Shown one piece after another: positions 28,113-38,061 of a stretch of 46,748 nucleotides of DNA. The notes beneath the pieces are model-generated. The model was not told the DNA's origin, made no database searches, and worked only from the letters and a program-made list of their open reading frames with translations. The stretch is from the NCBI GenBank assembly GCA_902727995.1, contig CACVAZ010000014.1, forward strand, positions 1-46,748, given 5' to 3'. The stretch is from an uncultured Sulfurovum sp. Lineage in GTDB: Bacteria; Campylobacterota; Campylobacteria; Campylobacterales; Sulfurovaceae. A program made the translations under genes and the position numbers. Numbering within the stretch: position 1 is the stretch's first letter; each line of letters starts with the position of its first letter.

Positions 28113-28650
28113 AAGAAAAATACCGAATCGAAGCAAACCCTTCAGCCCCTGCTTCATCACACAAATCAATCTGCTCCTGACTAATAATTCCCCCTAAAGC
28201 AATCACAGGAATATCTAATAATCTAATAATTTCTCTTAACTTCTCAACACCTTTAGGTTCTCCCTTATTTGCTGTTTTAAATATAGGACTAAAAGTAACC
28301 ATATCTGCACCTAGGTTTTGAGCGTGAAGAGCCTCTTCATAGGTATGAGTACTAATGACAACAAACAGACCTAAAGCCTTAGCTTTTTGAATTTCGCTAA
28401 ACTGTGTCGATTTTAAATGTATTCCATTAGCACCTAATTTTGATGCCAATGCATAATCTGTATGTAGAAGTATTTTTTGAAAATTATGCTTTTTTGCTTC
28501 GGTAAGAAATTGCTTGGCATTTGTATTGTAATTAGAAGTAGTTTTATCTCTATAGACAATTATATTTGCTTGACTAGCAAAATGTTTTATGCCTTGTTCT
28601 AAAGTTTGAAAATTTAAAGTTGTGGGGTCTGTGATAGCGTAAGCAATCAT
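28111..28650 (-). CDS. Thiamine phosphate synthase / TenI-like protein
   Basis: YRDK, GIHL, STH, FSPIFKT, PVIALGGI. Confidence 0.8.
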   Translation of the reverse strand: MIAYAITDPTTLNFQTLEQGIKHFASQANIIVYRDKTTSNYNTNAKQFLTEAKKHNFQKILLHTDYALASKLGANGIHLKSTQFSEIQKAKALGLFVVISTHTYEEALHAQNLGADMVTFSPIFKTANKGEPKGVEKLREIIRLLDIPVIALGGIISQEQIDLCDEAGAEGFASIRYFS

Positions 28651-28913
28651 TATGATTTACGTGTAAGCTCTTCAAGAAGTTCTGTTTGTTTTTTTAATTC
28701 GCTTAAAGTTTCTTGTTTCATAAAAAAGTATTCAATAAAGAGAACTAAAAAAAGTCCAGGAAGTGTGGCAATTAAAGCAGAAAAGATGGCATATATAAAA
28801 CCAATTTCTAAATAAAGGTAAAAGACAATTGTCGCACCTGCAAGAGCAAAAGCCCAAGCAGCTCCTAATAAAAAGTTTAAAAGACAAGACAAAAGAGGTG
28901 AAGAAAGTTTCAT
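28650..28913 (-). CDS. Hypothetical two-TM membrane protein
   Basis: Two hydrophobic helices; translationally coupled to the downstream gene. Confidence 0.7.
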   Translation of the reverse strand: MKLSSPLLSCLLNFLLGAAWAFALAGATIVFYLYLEIGFIYAIFSALIATLPGLFLVLFIEYFFMKQETLSELKKQTELLEELTRKS

Positions 28914-28939
28914 ATTGTCTACTTTTATCTTAAAGTGAC

Positions 28940-29617
28940 CTAATGGTCTTCATCTACTAGTGTGGCACCAGCAAGATAAACATACGTCAGTATCATAAAA
29001 ATAAATGTCTGTAGTACTGCAAAAAACGCTAATAAAGCATAAGCAGGAAGTGGTGCAAAGAATGGTACCAACATAAGCAATACTGCTAAGAAAAGGTCAT
29101 CTCCTTTAATGTTACCAAAAAGTCTAAATGAAAGAGAAACAATTCTTGATAAATGTGATAATATTTCTATTGGAAACATTAATGGTGCAAGCATAGGTAC
29201 AGGTCCCATAAAGTGAGCAAAATAACTTTTAGCACCCTTTTCTCTAATACCTTCATAGTTGTAGTATATGAAAACTACCAATGCTAAAGGAAGTGTAATA
29301 TTGATGTTTGATGTTGGAGATTCAAATCCTGGCACCATACCAATTAAGTTAGATATCAACACAAAAAGACCAATGGTTAAAATAAGTGGTAAATATTTTC
29401 GTGCTCTGTCTTTACCAATAGTATCATTACCCATAGAGATTGTACCTTGAATAAAGGCTTCCATAAAGTTTTGCGTTCCTGTTGGTACTGCTCTCATTGT
29501 TGAAATAGCTGCTTTAGCTAAAAGTAAAATAATTGCTGCTACTAAAAGTAAGTGTACAACCATCAATGCTGGGCCATGCCCTGTAAAGACGCCTATAAAA
29601 GTCCATGGTGCTTCCAT
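28940..29617 (-). CDS. atpB: F0F1 ATP synthase subunit a
   Basis: PTSNIN, PIEILSHLSRIVSLSFRLFGN, LQTFIF. Confidence 0.96.
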   Translation of the reverse strand: MEAPWTFIGVFTGHGPALMVVHLLLVAAIILLLAKAAISTMRAVPTGTQNFMEAFIQGTISMGNDTIGKDRARKYLPLILTIGLFVLISNLIGMVPGFESPTSNINITLPLALVVFIYYNYEGIREKGAKSYFAHFMGPVPMLAPLMFPIEILSHLSRIVSLSFRLFGNIKGDDLFLAVLLMLVPFFAPLPAYALLAFFAVLQTFIFMILTYVYLAGATLVDEDH

Positions 29618-29755
29618 TTATCCATCCTATGTTACAAAATAATTTTTGGGATTATAGCTTAGAAAGGCTTAGTTTATCGTTATGTTAGTTATAAATTAGG
29701 ATTATGGAATTCGGAAAAAATTTATGGGTATTTTTGTGACATGTCTTTATATTAC

Positions 29756-29772
29756 GTCGGCTTCAGCCAACA
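29756..29772. repeat. Partial REP palindrome (same family as 41795-41868)
   Basis: GTCGGCTTCAGCCAACA matches the palindromic core of the REP copies at 41.8 kb but lacks GTAG. Confidence 0.5.
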
Positions 29773-29778
29773 CAAAAT

Positions 29779-30510
29779 CTAAAAATGAAAGTTCTCACCC
29801 AAATAATACTTAATGACATTTGGATTATTTTTAATCTCTTCACTCGTTCCACTTGCTAACATTCCCCCAGACTTCATAACATAGGCTCTGTCACATATGC
29901 CCAATGTTTCACGAACATTATGATCCGTAATTAAAACACCCATATTAAGCTTTATCAATTCTCTTATAATCCCTTGTATGTCTTCAACAGCAATGGGATC
30001 TACTCCTGCAAATGGCTCATCTAGTAGTAAAAATTTAGGTTCAGCAACTAAAGCTCGAGCAATTTCCACACGTCTTCGCTCACCTCCTGAGAGTTGAATT
30101 CCAAAACGTTTACGAATGGGTTCAATATTAAATAAACTTAAAAGATTATCGATACGTTTTTTTGCTATTTTCTCCTCTATTTTCATGGCTTCTGCTGCCA
30201 TCCAGAGATTGTCTTCTACGGAAAGATCTTTAAAAATACTGGCTTCTTGAGGAAGATACCCAATACCCAGTTTTGCACGTTGACTTAATGGCATTTTTGT
30301 CACCTCATCACTGTCTATAAAAACCGAACCCTTCGTTGCATCTGTTAACCCACATATCATATAAAAGGAAGTAGTTTTACCTGCACCATTAGGTCCCAAA
30401 AGCCCTACAATTTCGCGAGATGAAACTTTGACTGAAACATCATGCACAATGGTTGTTTTTTTAATAGTTTTAGAAAGGTTCTTTGCTTCAAGGGTATGTA
30501 TTTTCTCCAT
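29779..30510 (-). CDS. lptB: LPS export ABC ATPase LptB
   Basis: GPNGAGKTT, GYLPQEASIF, LSGGERRR, LLDEPFAGVDP, TDHNVRETL. Confidence 0.95.
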   Translation of the reverse strand: MEKIHTLEAKNLSKTIKKTTIVHDVSVKVSSREIVGLLGPNGAGKTTSFYMICGLTDATKGSVFIDSDEVTKMPLSQRAKLGIGYLPQEASIFKDLSVEDNLWMAAEAMKIEEKIAKKRIDNLLSLFNIEPIRKRFGIQLSGGERRRVEIARALVAEPKFLLLDEPFAGVDPIAVEDIQGIIRELIKLNMGVLITDHNVRETLGICDRAYVMKSGGMLASGTSEEIKNNPNVIKYYLGENFHF

Positions 30511-30923
30511 TAACTCTTCTCTATTTTATATTTTCTTTTTTCTTCAAAAGCTTCTATTTTAACAGTAAACACTTCATAACCAGCATTTAATAAAAAATTC
30601 TTAAGTGAAACATCACCCCACTCTAAAATATGCCAACCTTCTTTGTCAAACTCTTCAAAAAGTCCAAGCTCCATAAATTCATGGTTCTCAATGCGATAAA
30701 GGTCATAGTGAAAAAGGTTTTTAGCATAACATTGTTGCAAGGAGAAAGTGGGCGAAGTTATTTCACCTTCTATGCCTTTTGCTTTTGCAATCTTTTTTGT
30801 TAAGGTTGTTTTTCCAGCTGCTAGATTTCCTATGAGGAATATTATGGCTGATGATGGTACTATTTTATTTAAATGATTTACAACCGTATCTAATTCATTT
30901 AATGATGCAATAATTTCTTTCAT
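30510..30923 (-). CDS. tsaE: tRNA t6A ATPase TsaE
   Basis: GNLAAGKTT, SPTFSL, HYDLYR, LEW. Confidence 0.93.
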   Translation of the reverse strand: MKEIIASLNELDTVVNHLNKIVPSSAIIFLIGNLAAGKTTLTKKIAKAKGIEGEITSPTFSLQQCYAKNLFHYDLYRIENHEFMELGLFEEFDKEGWHILEWGDVSLKNFLLNAGYEVFTVKIEAFEEKRKYKIEKS

Positions 30924-30924
30924 C

Positions 30925-31902
30925 TTAAAAACTATTAGAAACCTTAGAAATATATTCTAAATGTTTTGTGGCTTGACCTGAACTAATGCATTCACGAACC
31001 ATGCTTAAAGCCTCTTTCATATCTCGCACTGAACCATCAACAAAAAGTGCAAAAGCTGTGTTCAGTAAAACAATATCTAACTTTGCATCTTTCTCAATAC
31101 CAGCAAATATTTCACGGGTAATCATGGCATTATGTTCAGCTGTTCCCCCCATAATCTCACCTTTTCCTGCCATTCGAAAACCAAAATCCATTGGCTTTAC
31201 AAGCCCCATAGAAATCTTACCACTCTCCACATAAGCAAAAGGTGTTGTTGTGGCTAAGCCAATTTCATCCATGCCATCATTTGAGCTTACGACAAAGGCA
31301 CGAGTAATGTCCAGTTCGAGTAAAGCATTTGCCATACGTTCAATGTAATCAGGATGAAATACACCCAATAAATATTTTTTTGCTCCAGCAGGATTGGTTA
31401 AAGGTCCTAAAAGGTTAAAAATAGTTCGATGCTCTATAGAATGCCGAATAGGCATAATGTGCTTCATTGCAGGATGATGATTGACTGCAAATATAAAACA
31501 GAAGCCTGTTTTTTCTAGCATCTCAACTTGCTGTTGAGGTGTTAAATTTAAATTAATATTTAAAGCTTCCAATAAATCAGCTGAACCAGAGTTCGAAGTG
31601 ATACTTCTGTTTCCATGTTTTGCAACTGTCTTTCCCATGGCAGCGAGTAAAAGTGCTACGGTTGTTGAGATGTTAAAGCTTCCACTTTTATCTCCCCCTG
31701 TTCCTACGACATCAATGGCTTTTTCTCTTAATTCATCGCTCATAGGCAATTTAATAGAATGCTCACGCATCACGGATGCTGCAATGGCAATCTCTTGGGC
31801 TGTTTCGCCTTTTTCATAAAGCTCAACTAGAAAGGCTCTTGCCTCTTGGATACTTAGTTCATTGTTAAATAGTTTTTCAAATTTTTCTCTGGTATTATTC
31901 AT
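30925..31902 (-). CDS. trpD: Anthranilate phosphoribosyltransferase
   Basis: DVVGTGGD, NIST, KHGNRS, GSAD, RTIFNLLGPLTNP, GMDE. Confidence 0.95.
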   Translation of the reverse strand: MNNTREKFEKLFNNELSIQEARAFLVELYEKGETAQEIAIAASVMREHSIKLPMSDELREKAIDVVGTGGDKSGSFNISTTVALLLAAMGKTVAKHGNRSITSNSGSADLLEALNINLNLTPQQQVEMLEKTGFCFIFAVNHHPAMKHIMPIRHSIEHRTIFNLLGPLTNPAGAKKYLLGVFHPDYIERMANALLELDITRAFVVSSNDGMDEIGLATTTPFAYVESGKISMGLVKPMDFGFRMAGKGEIMGGTAEHNAMITREIFAGIEKDAKLDIVLLNTAFALFVDGSVRDMKEALSMVRECISSGQATKHLEYISKVSNSF

Positions 31903-31909
31903 TTTTATT

Positions 31910-31941
31910 CTCTATAATATTTTTGCTCTATAATATTTTTG
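31910..31941. repeat. Exact 16-bp tandem duplication upstream of trpD
   Basis: CTCTATAATATTTTTG x2 (31910-31925, 31926-31941). Confidence 0.85.
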
Positions 31942-31957
31942 TTCGATCAAATCGAAG

Positions 31958-32203
31958 CTACAGTTCTTTAACGTATTCATCTTTTTTACTTTTAGGAATG
32001 GTTTTTGTTGTGGGTATTTGTAAAACTTCATAGTTCTTCGCACCCTTAAGATACTCTATGGTTATTTTATCCCCAATCACAACATTTTTACTGGCTTTTG
32101 CTTTCATGTCATTAATAAAAACAACACCTGACTTTACCATATCGGAAGCGACTGTTCGTCGTTTGACTACATTGACGGCTGCTAACCATTTATCTACACG
32201 CAT
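31958..32203 (-). CDS. S4-domain RNA-binding protein (Hsp15/RqcP-like)
   Basis: True start MRVDKWL at 32203; VVKRR, G-V-IN, AKASK-V-GD. Confidence 0.88.
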   Translation of the reverse strand: MRVDKWLAAVNVVKRRTVASDMVKSGVVFINDMKAKASKNVVIGDKITIEYLKGAKNYEVLQIPTTKTIPKSKKDEYVKEL

Positions 32204-32303
32204 ATTTACTCTTTTTTTAAATTTACTATCTTTTATTAATAAAATCTTATCCGTTTTTGTTGGTGAGTTTGCTTTTAAATAGTTTATTTGATAAACTAGC
32301 AAG

Positions 32304-32981
32304 ATGATAAAAAAAGAAGATTATTTTAACAGACAAATACAATTATGGGGTGAAGAGACACAATCTTCACTAGAAAACAAAAAAATCGCTATTATAGGTT
32401 CTGGTGGTTTAGGTTGTAGCCTTGCTATGGCACTGGGTACTTCAGGTATTGGGCAAATAGACATGATTGACTTTGACACCGTTAGTTTACATAACATTCA
32501 CCGACAAATTGCTTTCACCCTAAAGGACGAAAACAAATTAAAAGCTAATGTTGTAGTAGAAATGATGCAATCTAAAAACCCTTTTATTAAGGCTTCTGCA
32601 CACAACATGACTTTTCAAGAGTTCATGAAGCTTGAAAAGAACTATGATTTAATCTTAGATGCGACGGATAACCTTGGAACACGTAAAGAGATAGATGACT
32701 ATGCACGATCGATTAATACCCCTTGGATTTATGCTTCAGTAGAAGAGTTTAATGGTCAAGTCTGTTTTTTTGATGAAGCTTCTTTTCAAGTCTTTAATGC
32801 TTCTGAGCATAAACCAGGAGGAATTACAGCCCCTATTGTCATGCATATTGCCTCGCTTCAAGCGAACATTGCTTTACGATATTTAGCTGGGCTTTCAGTG
32901 CTTAAAGACAAACTTTACTATCTGTATTTTAACAATGAAGGTGAATTGATAACCCAAAAATTTGGTATGCCAAAAAACTAA
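32304..32981 (+). CDS. ThiF/MoeB family adenylyltransferase
   Basis: YFNRQ, IGSGGLG, DFDTVSLHNIHRQ, DATDN. Confidence 0.88.
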   Translation: MIKKEDYFNRQIQLWGEETQSSLENKKIAIIGSGGLGCSLAMALGTSGIGQIDMIDFDTVSLHNIHRQIAFTLKDENKLKANVVVEMMQSKNPFIKASAHNMTFQEFMKLEKNYDLILDATDNLGTRKEIDDYARSINTPWIYASVEEFNGQVCFFDEASFQVFNASEHKPGGITAPIVMHIASLQANIALRYLAGLSVLKDKLYYLYFNNEGELITQKFGMPKN

Positions 32982-33033
32982 AACTAAAAATCTTGTGTTA
33001 AAATGGCACAAATACTTTCCAAAGGATAAAATT

Positions 33034-33369
33034 ATGAAATTAACACTAACAACTATGATACTTTTTTTACTACTATTACAAGGTTGTACCCAAGAGACAC
33101 AAAACAAACTAAGTCGTTCCATTCAAAACTGGACAGGAACCAATGGTACACTTGATGTTTATGCTGGAGAAAAACTGGTGAAGAAATTTATAGAAATAGA
33201 TAAACTTACTACAGCATCAGGTACGGGAACAGGAACCGAACGTCCTTACCGATTTGGTTATGGTTATGATGATAAAAACTTTAATGGTAAGAAAGATAAT
33301 GGAGAGAGCAAAGTTTATTTTGAGTTTTCAGACTATTCAACCTCTTATGTTTTCTATGAAAGCAAGTAA
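33034..33369 (+). CDS. Hypothetical lipoprotein
   Basis: AAGGA RBS, start MKLTLTT, lipobox LLQGC. Confidence 0.75.
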   Translation: MKLTLTTMILFLLLLQGCTQETQNKLSRSIQNWTGTNGTLDVYAGEKLVKKFIEIDKLTTASGTGTGTERPYRFGYGYDDKNFNGKKDNGESKVYFEFSDYSTSYVFYESK

Positions 33370-33396
33370 AAAAACAAATAACAAAGGAAGAAATTA

Positions 33397-33786
33397 ATGA
33401 GATTCATTTCAACAGATAACGCACCAGCAGCCATAGGACCCTATTCACAAGCTGTCATAGTCAATGGTATGATTTACACTTCAGGACAAATAGGAATAGA
33501 TGAACAAGGTGTTATTGTTGCTGATGATGTTGTTAATCAAGCTCATCAAGTTATGAAAAACCTTTTTTATGTTTTAGAAGCTGCAGGTGCACATTTTAAT
33601 GATGTTATTAAAACAACTATTTTTTTAGCTGATATGGATGATTTTGCTGAGGTAAATGAAGTTTATGCACACTACTTTGGTCACCATAAACCTGTTAGAA
33701 GTACAGTAGCTGTTAAAACACTTCCTAAAAAAGTACGCATTGAAATTGACTGTATCGCCCTTGCTAACACTGAATATCATGCTTAA
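33397..33786 (+). CDS. ridA: RidA family enamine/imine deaminase
   Basis: APAAIGPYSQA, SGQI, NEVY, PVRS, LPK...IEID. Confidence 0.92.
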   Translation: MRFISTDNAPAAIGPYSQAVIVNGMIYTSGQIGIDEQGVIVADDVVNQAHQVMKNLFYVLEAAGAHFNDVIKTTIFLADMDDFAEVNEVYAHYFGHHKPVRSTVAVKTLPKKVRIEIDCIALANTEYHA

Positions 33787-34379
33787 TGTCTTCTAAATTT
33801 TCCCATACACTTTCTAAAGTTGTATTGGGAAGTTTGGCTCTCTATTTTCTTTACCTTTTTAGCCAAGTTATTAATGTTGTTAATAGACGTCATTTAGGTA
33901 CAAATGACGGCACTTATGTCAACAACACACGTTCAAATAAAACCCTTCAAAAACTGGCTTTTTCACTCACAAAAAATTGTTTAGATAATCAATGCAAAAC
34001 ACAAAATATTTTAGATTATGTAAGCAATATTCCTTATGTAGTCAATAATTTTACTGCCCATTTACCCACCCAGACCATAGAAAAAAACTTTGGAGATTGT
34101 GATGACAAAAGTAATCTACTCATCTCTTTACTTCATGCATTAAAAATTGAATCTTATTTTGTTTTGGTACCTAAACACATATTTGTTATTGTTCCTTTTG
34201 AAAATATTCCATCAAAAAAAGCACTCTATTTGAATAATAGAGCTTACTATATTTTAGAGAGTACAGCTAAAGACTCAAAAATTGGCTACCCACTTACTTA
34301 TCAAGTAAACGAAATTTCAACGATTTTTGAACCTTTTGAAAATAAAAAATTAAATATTGATACTCTTAAATATAAATAA
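33786..34379 (+). CDS. Transglutaminase-like domain protein
   Basis: N-terminal TM; GDCDDKSNLL, H-IFV and LEST catalytic-type residues. Confidence 0.75.
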   Translation: MSSKFSHTLSKVVLGSLALYFLYLFSQVINVVNRRHLGTNDGTYVNNTRSNKTLQKLAFSLTKNCLDNQCKTQNILDYVSNIPYVVNNFTAHLPTQTIEKNFGDCDDKSNLLISLLHALKIESYFVLVPKHIFVIVPFENIPSKKALYLNNRAYYILESTAKDSKIGYPLTYQVNEISTIFEPFENKKLNIDTLKYK

Positions 34380-34429
34380 AGTATAAATCAATCTTTAGTT
34401 ATAATCTTCTCAAATAATAAAGGAAGCTT

Positions 34430-35689
34430 ATGAAAGAACAAACACTCGCCATTCATGCAGGATATGAGAAAGATGCCCAAGGAACAATGGCTGTTCCAAT
34501 TTACCAAACCACAGCGTATGAATTTAGAAACACTGAACATGCAGCAAATCTTTTTGCTCTAAAAGAACTTGGTAATATCTATACCCGTCTTATGAACCCA
34601 ACAACCGATGTATTTGAAAAGCGTTTTAATGCTTTAGAACAAGGGGGTGGAGCTGTTGGTACTGCTTCTGGTATGGCTGCTATTTTTTATGCCATTGCCA
34701 ATGTGGCTGAAGCTGGAGATAACATCATTGTGGCTTCACAAGTATATGGTGGAACAACAACACTTACAGGTCATACCATCAAAAGATTTGGAATTGAAAC
34801 CCGTTATTTTAATGTAAATAACCCATCAGAAATTGAAGCACTAGTTGATGAAAAAACAAAAATCATTCTTTTTGAAAGTATTACCAATCCAAGTATTGAT
34901 GTAGCCGATTTTGATGCCATTGTCGCCATTGCTAAAAAGCACAATATTATGACTTGTGTTGACAATACCGTAGCCACACCAATTTTATGTAAACCCCTTA
35001 CGCTTGGTTGTGATATTGTGGTACATAGTGCGAGTAAATATACCACAGGACAAGGTCTGGCTATTGGTGGGATTATTGTTGAGAGAGAAAATTTAGTAGA
35101 GATGATTAAAGAAAATCCTCGTTATGCACATTTTAATGAAGCAGATGCTTCTTACCATGGTTTGGTATATTCAGACTTGCCTCTACCACCATTTACACTT
35201 CGTGTTCGTCTAGCCCTACTTCGTGACCTTGGTGCGACGCCAAGTCCTTTTAATTCATGGCTCTATATTCAAGGGATAGAAACATTGCCTTTACGAATGA
35301 AACAACATTCAAGCTCAGCTTTAGAAATAGCAACATATTTAGAAGCTCATCCAAAAGTAAAATCAGTGAACTACCCTGGATTAGCGTCAAATGCCAATTA
35401 TGCCTTAGCTAATAAATATTTTCCAAAAGGGGCTTCTGGTCTTATTTCATTTGAGGTTGAATCAAAAGAGATGGCACAAGGTATTGCTGATAAAACAGAG
35501 ATTTTTAAAGTGGTGGTTAATATTGGAGATTCAAAGTCAATTATTACCCATCCTGCAAGTACAACACATCAACAATTATCAGCACAAGAGCTTGTAGATT
35601 GTGGTATTCCTGCTGGGTTAATTAGATTGTCTGTAGGCTTAGAAGATACTGAAGATTTAATTGCTGATTTAGAAAAAGCACTTTCTTAA
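34430..35689 (+). CDS. metY: O-acetylhomoserine aminocarboxypropyltransferase (sulfhydrylase)
   Basis: PIYQTT, GNIYTRLMNPT, ASGMAA, HSASKY, LRDLG, NIGD...HPASTTHQQL. Confidence 0.92.
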   Translation: MKEQTLAIHAGYEKDAQGTMAVPIYQTTAYEFRNTEHAANLFALKELGNIYTRLMNPTTDVFEKRFNALEQGGGAVGTASGMAAIFYAIANVAEAGDNIIVASQVYGGTTTLTGHTIKRFGIETRYFNVNNPSEIEALVDEKTKIILFESITNPSIDVADFDAIVAIAKKHNIMTCVDNTVATPILCKPLTLGCDIVVHSASKYTTGQGLAIGGIIVERENLVEMIKENPRYAHFNEADASYHGLVYSDLPLPPFTLRVRLALLRDLGATPSPFNSWLYIQGIETLPLRMKQHSSSALEIATYLEAHPKVKSVNYPGLASNANYALANKYFPKGASGLISFEVESKEMAQGIADKTEIFKVVVNIGDSKSIITHPASTTHQQLSAQELVDCGIPAGLIRLSVGLEDTEDLIADLEKALS

Positions 35690-35708
35690 AAAAGATCTTC
35701 AAGAAAAG

Positions 35709-35732
35709 CAATTTGGACTTTCGTCCAAATTG
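35709..35732. terminator. Bidirectional hairpin terminator
   Basis: Perfect CAATTTGGAC-TTTC-GTCCAAATTG between convergent genes. Confidence 0.75.
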
Positions 35733-35735
35733 TTA

Positions 35736-36569
35736 TTAGTTTCTAGGTAAAAGTTCTTTATATTTCATACGTGTTGGATCCCAAGTGCCATCTATAAAAA
35801 TAGTCGGTGTTCCTGTAACCATTAAACGTTTTTTCATTGCTAAATCAAATGCCAAAGCATCTACTATTGCTTTATTGTTTAATTCTTTTTGAGTAAAATA
35901 AACCCCTGTTTTTTCCTCTATTGCCTTTAAAATAACTTTTGGATTTTTCTCTTTTTCACTTACCAATAAGTGATAACATTGCTTTAACTTTCTAATTTGT
36001 CCTCGTTCTTGAAAAATATGCATCGCTTTGGTTGTTATGTCTGAAGCTGGATGTATTCTTAAAAGAGGAAGATGATAATAATATAAAGCAAATACACTAG
36101 GATTTTTTTGAACATCTTCAATCAACTTTGGAACAATCTCTTGACAATAAGGACAAAAAGGATCCGACATTACGAGGACTTTATGTTTAGCATTAACATT
36201 TCCTGCAAGAAGATGCTTTTTGTTATAAGCATCCATCGGTACTTTAGGCTTTAAAATATTAGCATAATCTTTTCCTTGACTATCTTTTAAGGAAAATGCT
36301 ATTTTACTCCCTTTATTAAACACCACTTTATTAACTTTTTTGTCTATAAATTGATTATTCATATTAACACTTACCTCCAATGAAAGAAAATAAACTTTCC
36401 AACCATTGGTTCCCTCAATCACATAACTTGAAAGTGTTTCAACATGCTTTACAGGGGAATTTGTTTTTTTCTCTATGTATTTTTTTACATAAAACTCCAC
36501 ACTTTTCTGACTAACACCCAAAAGTTGGGCTGTTGCCAAAATCATCAATAACAAAATTTTAATTCGCAT
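35736..36569 (-). CDS. Periplasmic DsbA/DsbC-like thioredoxin-fold oxidoreductase
   Basis: Signal peptide; SDPFCPYC; VTGTPT. Confidence 0.85.
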   Translation of the reverse strand: MRIKILLLMILATAQLLGVSQKSVEFYVKKYIEKKTNSPVKHVETLSSYVIEGTNGWKVYFLSLEVSVNMNNQFIDKKVNKVVFNKGSKIAFSLKDSQGKDYANILKPKVPMDAYNKKHLLAGNVNAKHKVLVMSDPFCPYCQEIVPKLIEDVQKNPSVFALYYYHLPLLRIHPASDITTKAMHIFQERGQIRKLKQCYHLLVSEKEKNPKVILKAIEEKTGVYFTQKELNNKAIVDALAFDLAMKKRLMVTGTPTIFIDGTWDPTRMKYKELLPRN

Positions 36570-36727
36570 AATATAGCTCCTTTGATAAATTATTCTATCA
36601 TAATGGCACTAAATAAAACTATAAATCATACCCTTTGTTGACAATAAAATAGTAAAAAATTTAAAAATACTATTATCATTAAGAAGCCATATAACTATGA
36701 AAGTACAAATTAGATAAAATTCTAACA

Positions 36728-37828
36728 ATGAAATTAGAAACCCACGTTGCCCACTTTACTAGTCCTTTGTACTTGGAAAGTGGAAGAATCTTAGAACCTT
36801 ACAAAATTGCTTATGAAACCTATGGTGACTTAAATAGTGATGCCTCAAATGTCATTTTAATCTGCCATGCTTTAACAGGTTCAGCCCATGCAGCAGGTAA
36901 ATATGAAGGGGATACAAAAGTTGGATGGTGGGATGCACTCATTGGTGATGGAAAAGCCATAGATACTAGAAAATATTTTGTCATTTCTACAAATGTTTTG
37001 GGGTCTTGTTTTGGAAGTACTTCACCTATGGATTACGATTATCCAAAAGAACAAGCTTTTCGTCTAAAATTTCCTGTTTTAACCATAAAAGATATGATTA
37101 AAGCCCAAAAACAACTTTTATCTCAATTGGGCATTCATCATTTACATGCAATAGTTGGAGGATCTATGGGAGGGATGCAGGCTTTACAATTTGCTGTAGA
37201 CTACCCTAATTTTGCCGATAAAATTATCTCTCTTGCAGCGACGTATGCCACCCAACCTTGGACAATGGCTTTTAATAAAGTCGCCATAGAAGCCATTCGT
37301 AGAGACCCAAGATTTAAAAATGGAAACTATAAAAAAGATGCCTTTAAAGAAGAAGGCTTAGATGGACTGGCTCTTGGACGTATTGCTGGTCATATCTCTT
37401 ACTTGTCACCAGATTCTATGAATAAGAAATTTGGAAGAAACTATGTCAGTAACGATGGGCTTTTTGAACTCTTTGGACGGTATGAAGTTGAACGTTACAT
37501 GGAGTACAATACCAATAACTTTTCAAAAATTTTTGACCCTCTTTCCTATCTCTATATTGTCAAAGCCATCAATACTTTTAGTTTAAGTAGAGGCTATGAT
37601 TCTTTACATGAAGCCATTTCAAGAATAAAAGCTGATCTTACCCTCATCTCATTCAAAAGTGACTATCTATTTTTTCCAAAAGAGATGGAGCATATAGACA
37701 ACATGCTACAAAGAAATAAACAAAACTCTGCTTACTATGAAATTGACAGTAATTACGGTCATGATTCTTTTTTAGTAGAAATAGAAAAATTTGATACAAT
37801 TATAAAAAATAAACTAGAAAAAAAATAA
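36728..37828 (+). CDS. metX: Homoserine O-acetyltransferase
   Basis: ICHALTG, GWW, NVLGSCFGS, GGSMGG, SDYLF, GHDSFL. Confidence 0.95.
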   Translation: MKLETHVAHFTSPLYLESGRILEPYKIAYETYGDLNSDASNVILICHALTGSAHAAGKYEGDTKVGWWDALIGDGKAIDTRKYFVISTNVLGSCFGSTSPMDYDYPKEQAFRLKFPVLTIKDMIKAQKQLLSQLGIHHLHAIVGGSMGGMQALQFAVDYPNFADKIISLAATYATQPWTMAFNKVAIEAIRRDPRFKNGNYKKDAFKEEGLDGLALGRIAGHISYLSPDSMNKKFGRNYVSNDGLFELFGRYEVERYMEYNTNNFSKIFDPLSYLYIVKAINTFSLSRGYDSLHEAISRIKADLTLISFKSDYLFFPKEMEHIDNMLQRNKQNSAYYEIDSNYGHDSFLVEIEKFDTIIKNKLEKK

Positions 37829-37855
37829 AATATAAATATATATAAAGGCTAAAAT

Positions 37856-38053
37856 ATGCAAAGTGAAACATTTGAACAAAAACTAGAAGAATCAAAAAAA
37901 ATATTAAATCAACTTATGAACCCTGAAATAACGCTTGAAGAGAGTTTGAAACTTTATGGAAATGGCTTAGCACAAATTAAAGAAGCTCAAAAAATGATTG
38001 AAGAAGCTAAAGTTAAAATTCAAATCATCGAGAAAAATAGTTCTAGAGTATAA
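37856..38053 (+). CDS. xseB: Exodeoxyribonuclease VII small subunit
   Basis: FEQKLE...LEESLKLY..G...A; 65 aa. Confidence 0.88.
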   Translation: MQSETFEQKLEESKKILNQLMNPEITLEESLKLYGNGLAQIKEAQKMIEEAKVKIQIIEKNSSRV

Positions 38054-38061
38054 AGTTAAGT

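Noticed and set aside
28940-29617. atpB isolated from the other ATP synthase genes
   Set aside because: A split atp operon is normal in Campylobacterota
32304-34379. ThiF + lipoprotein + RidA + transglutaminase-like genes as a ubiquitin-like conjugation or defence system
   Set aside because: No ubiquitin-like, E2 or JAB gene; mixed cellular localisations suggest an ordinary heterogeneous operon
5311-37828. metH, metY and metX all present in one window
   Set aside because: Ordinary direct-sulfhydrylation methionine pathway; the genes are dispersed and no shared regulatory motif was evident
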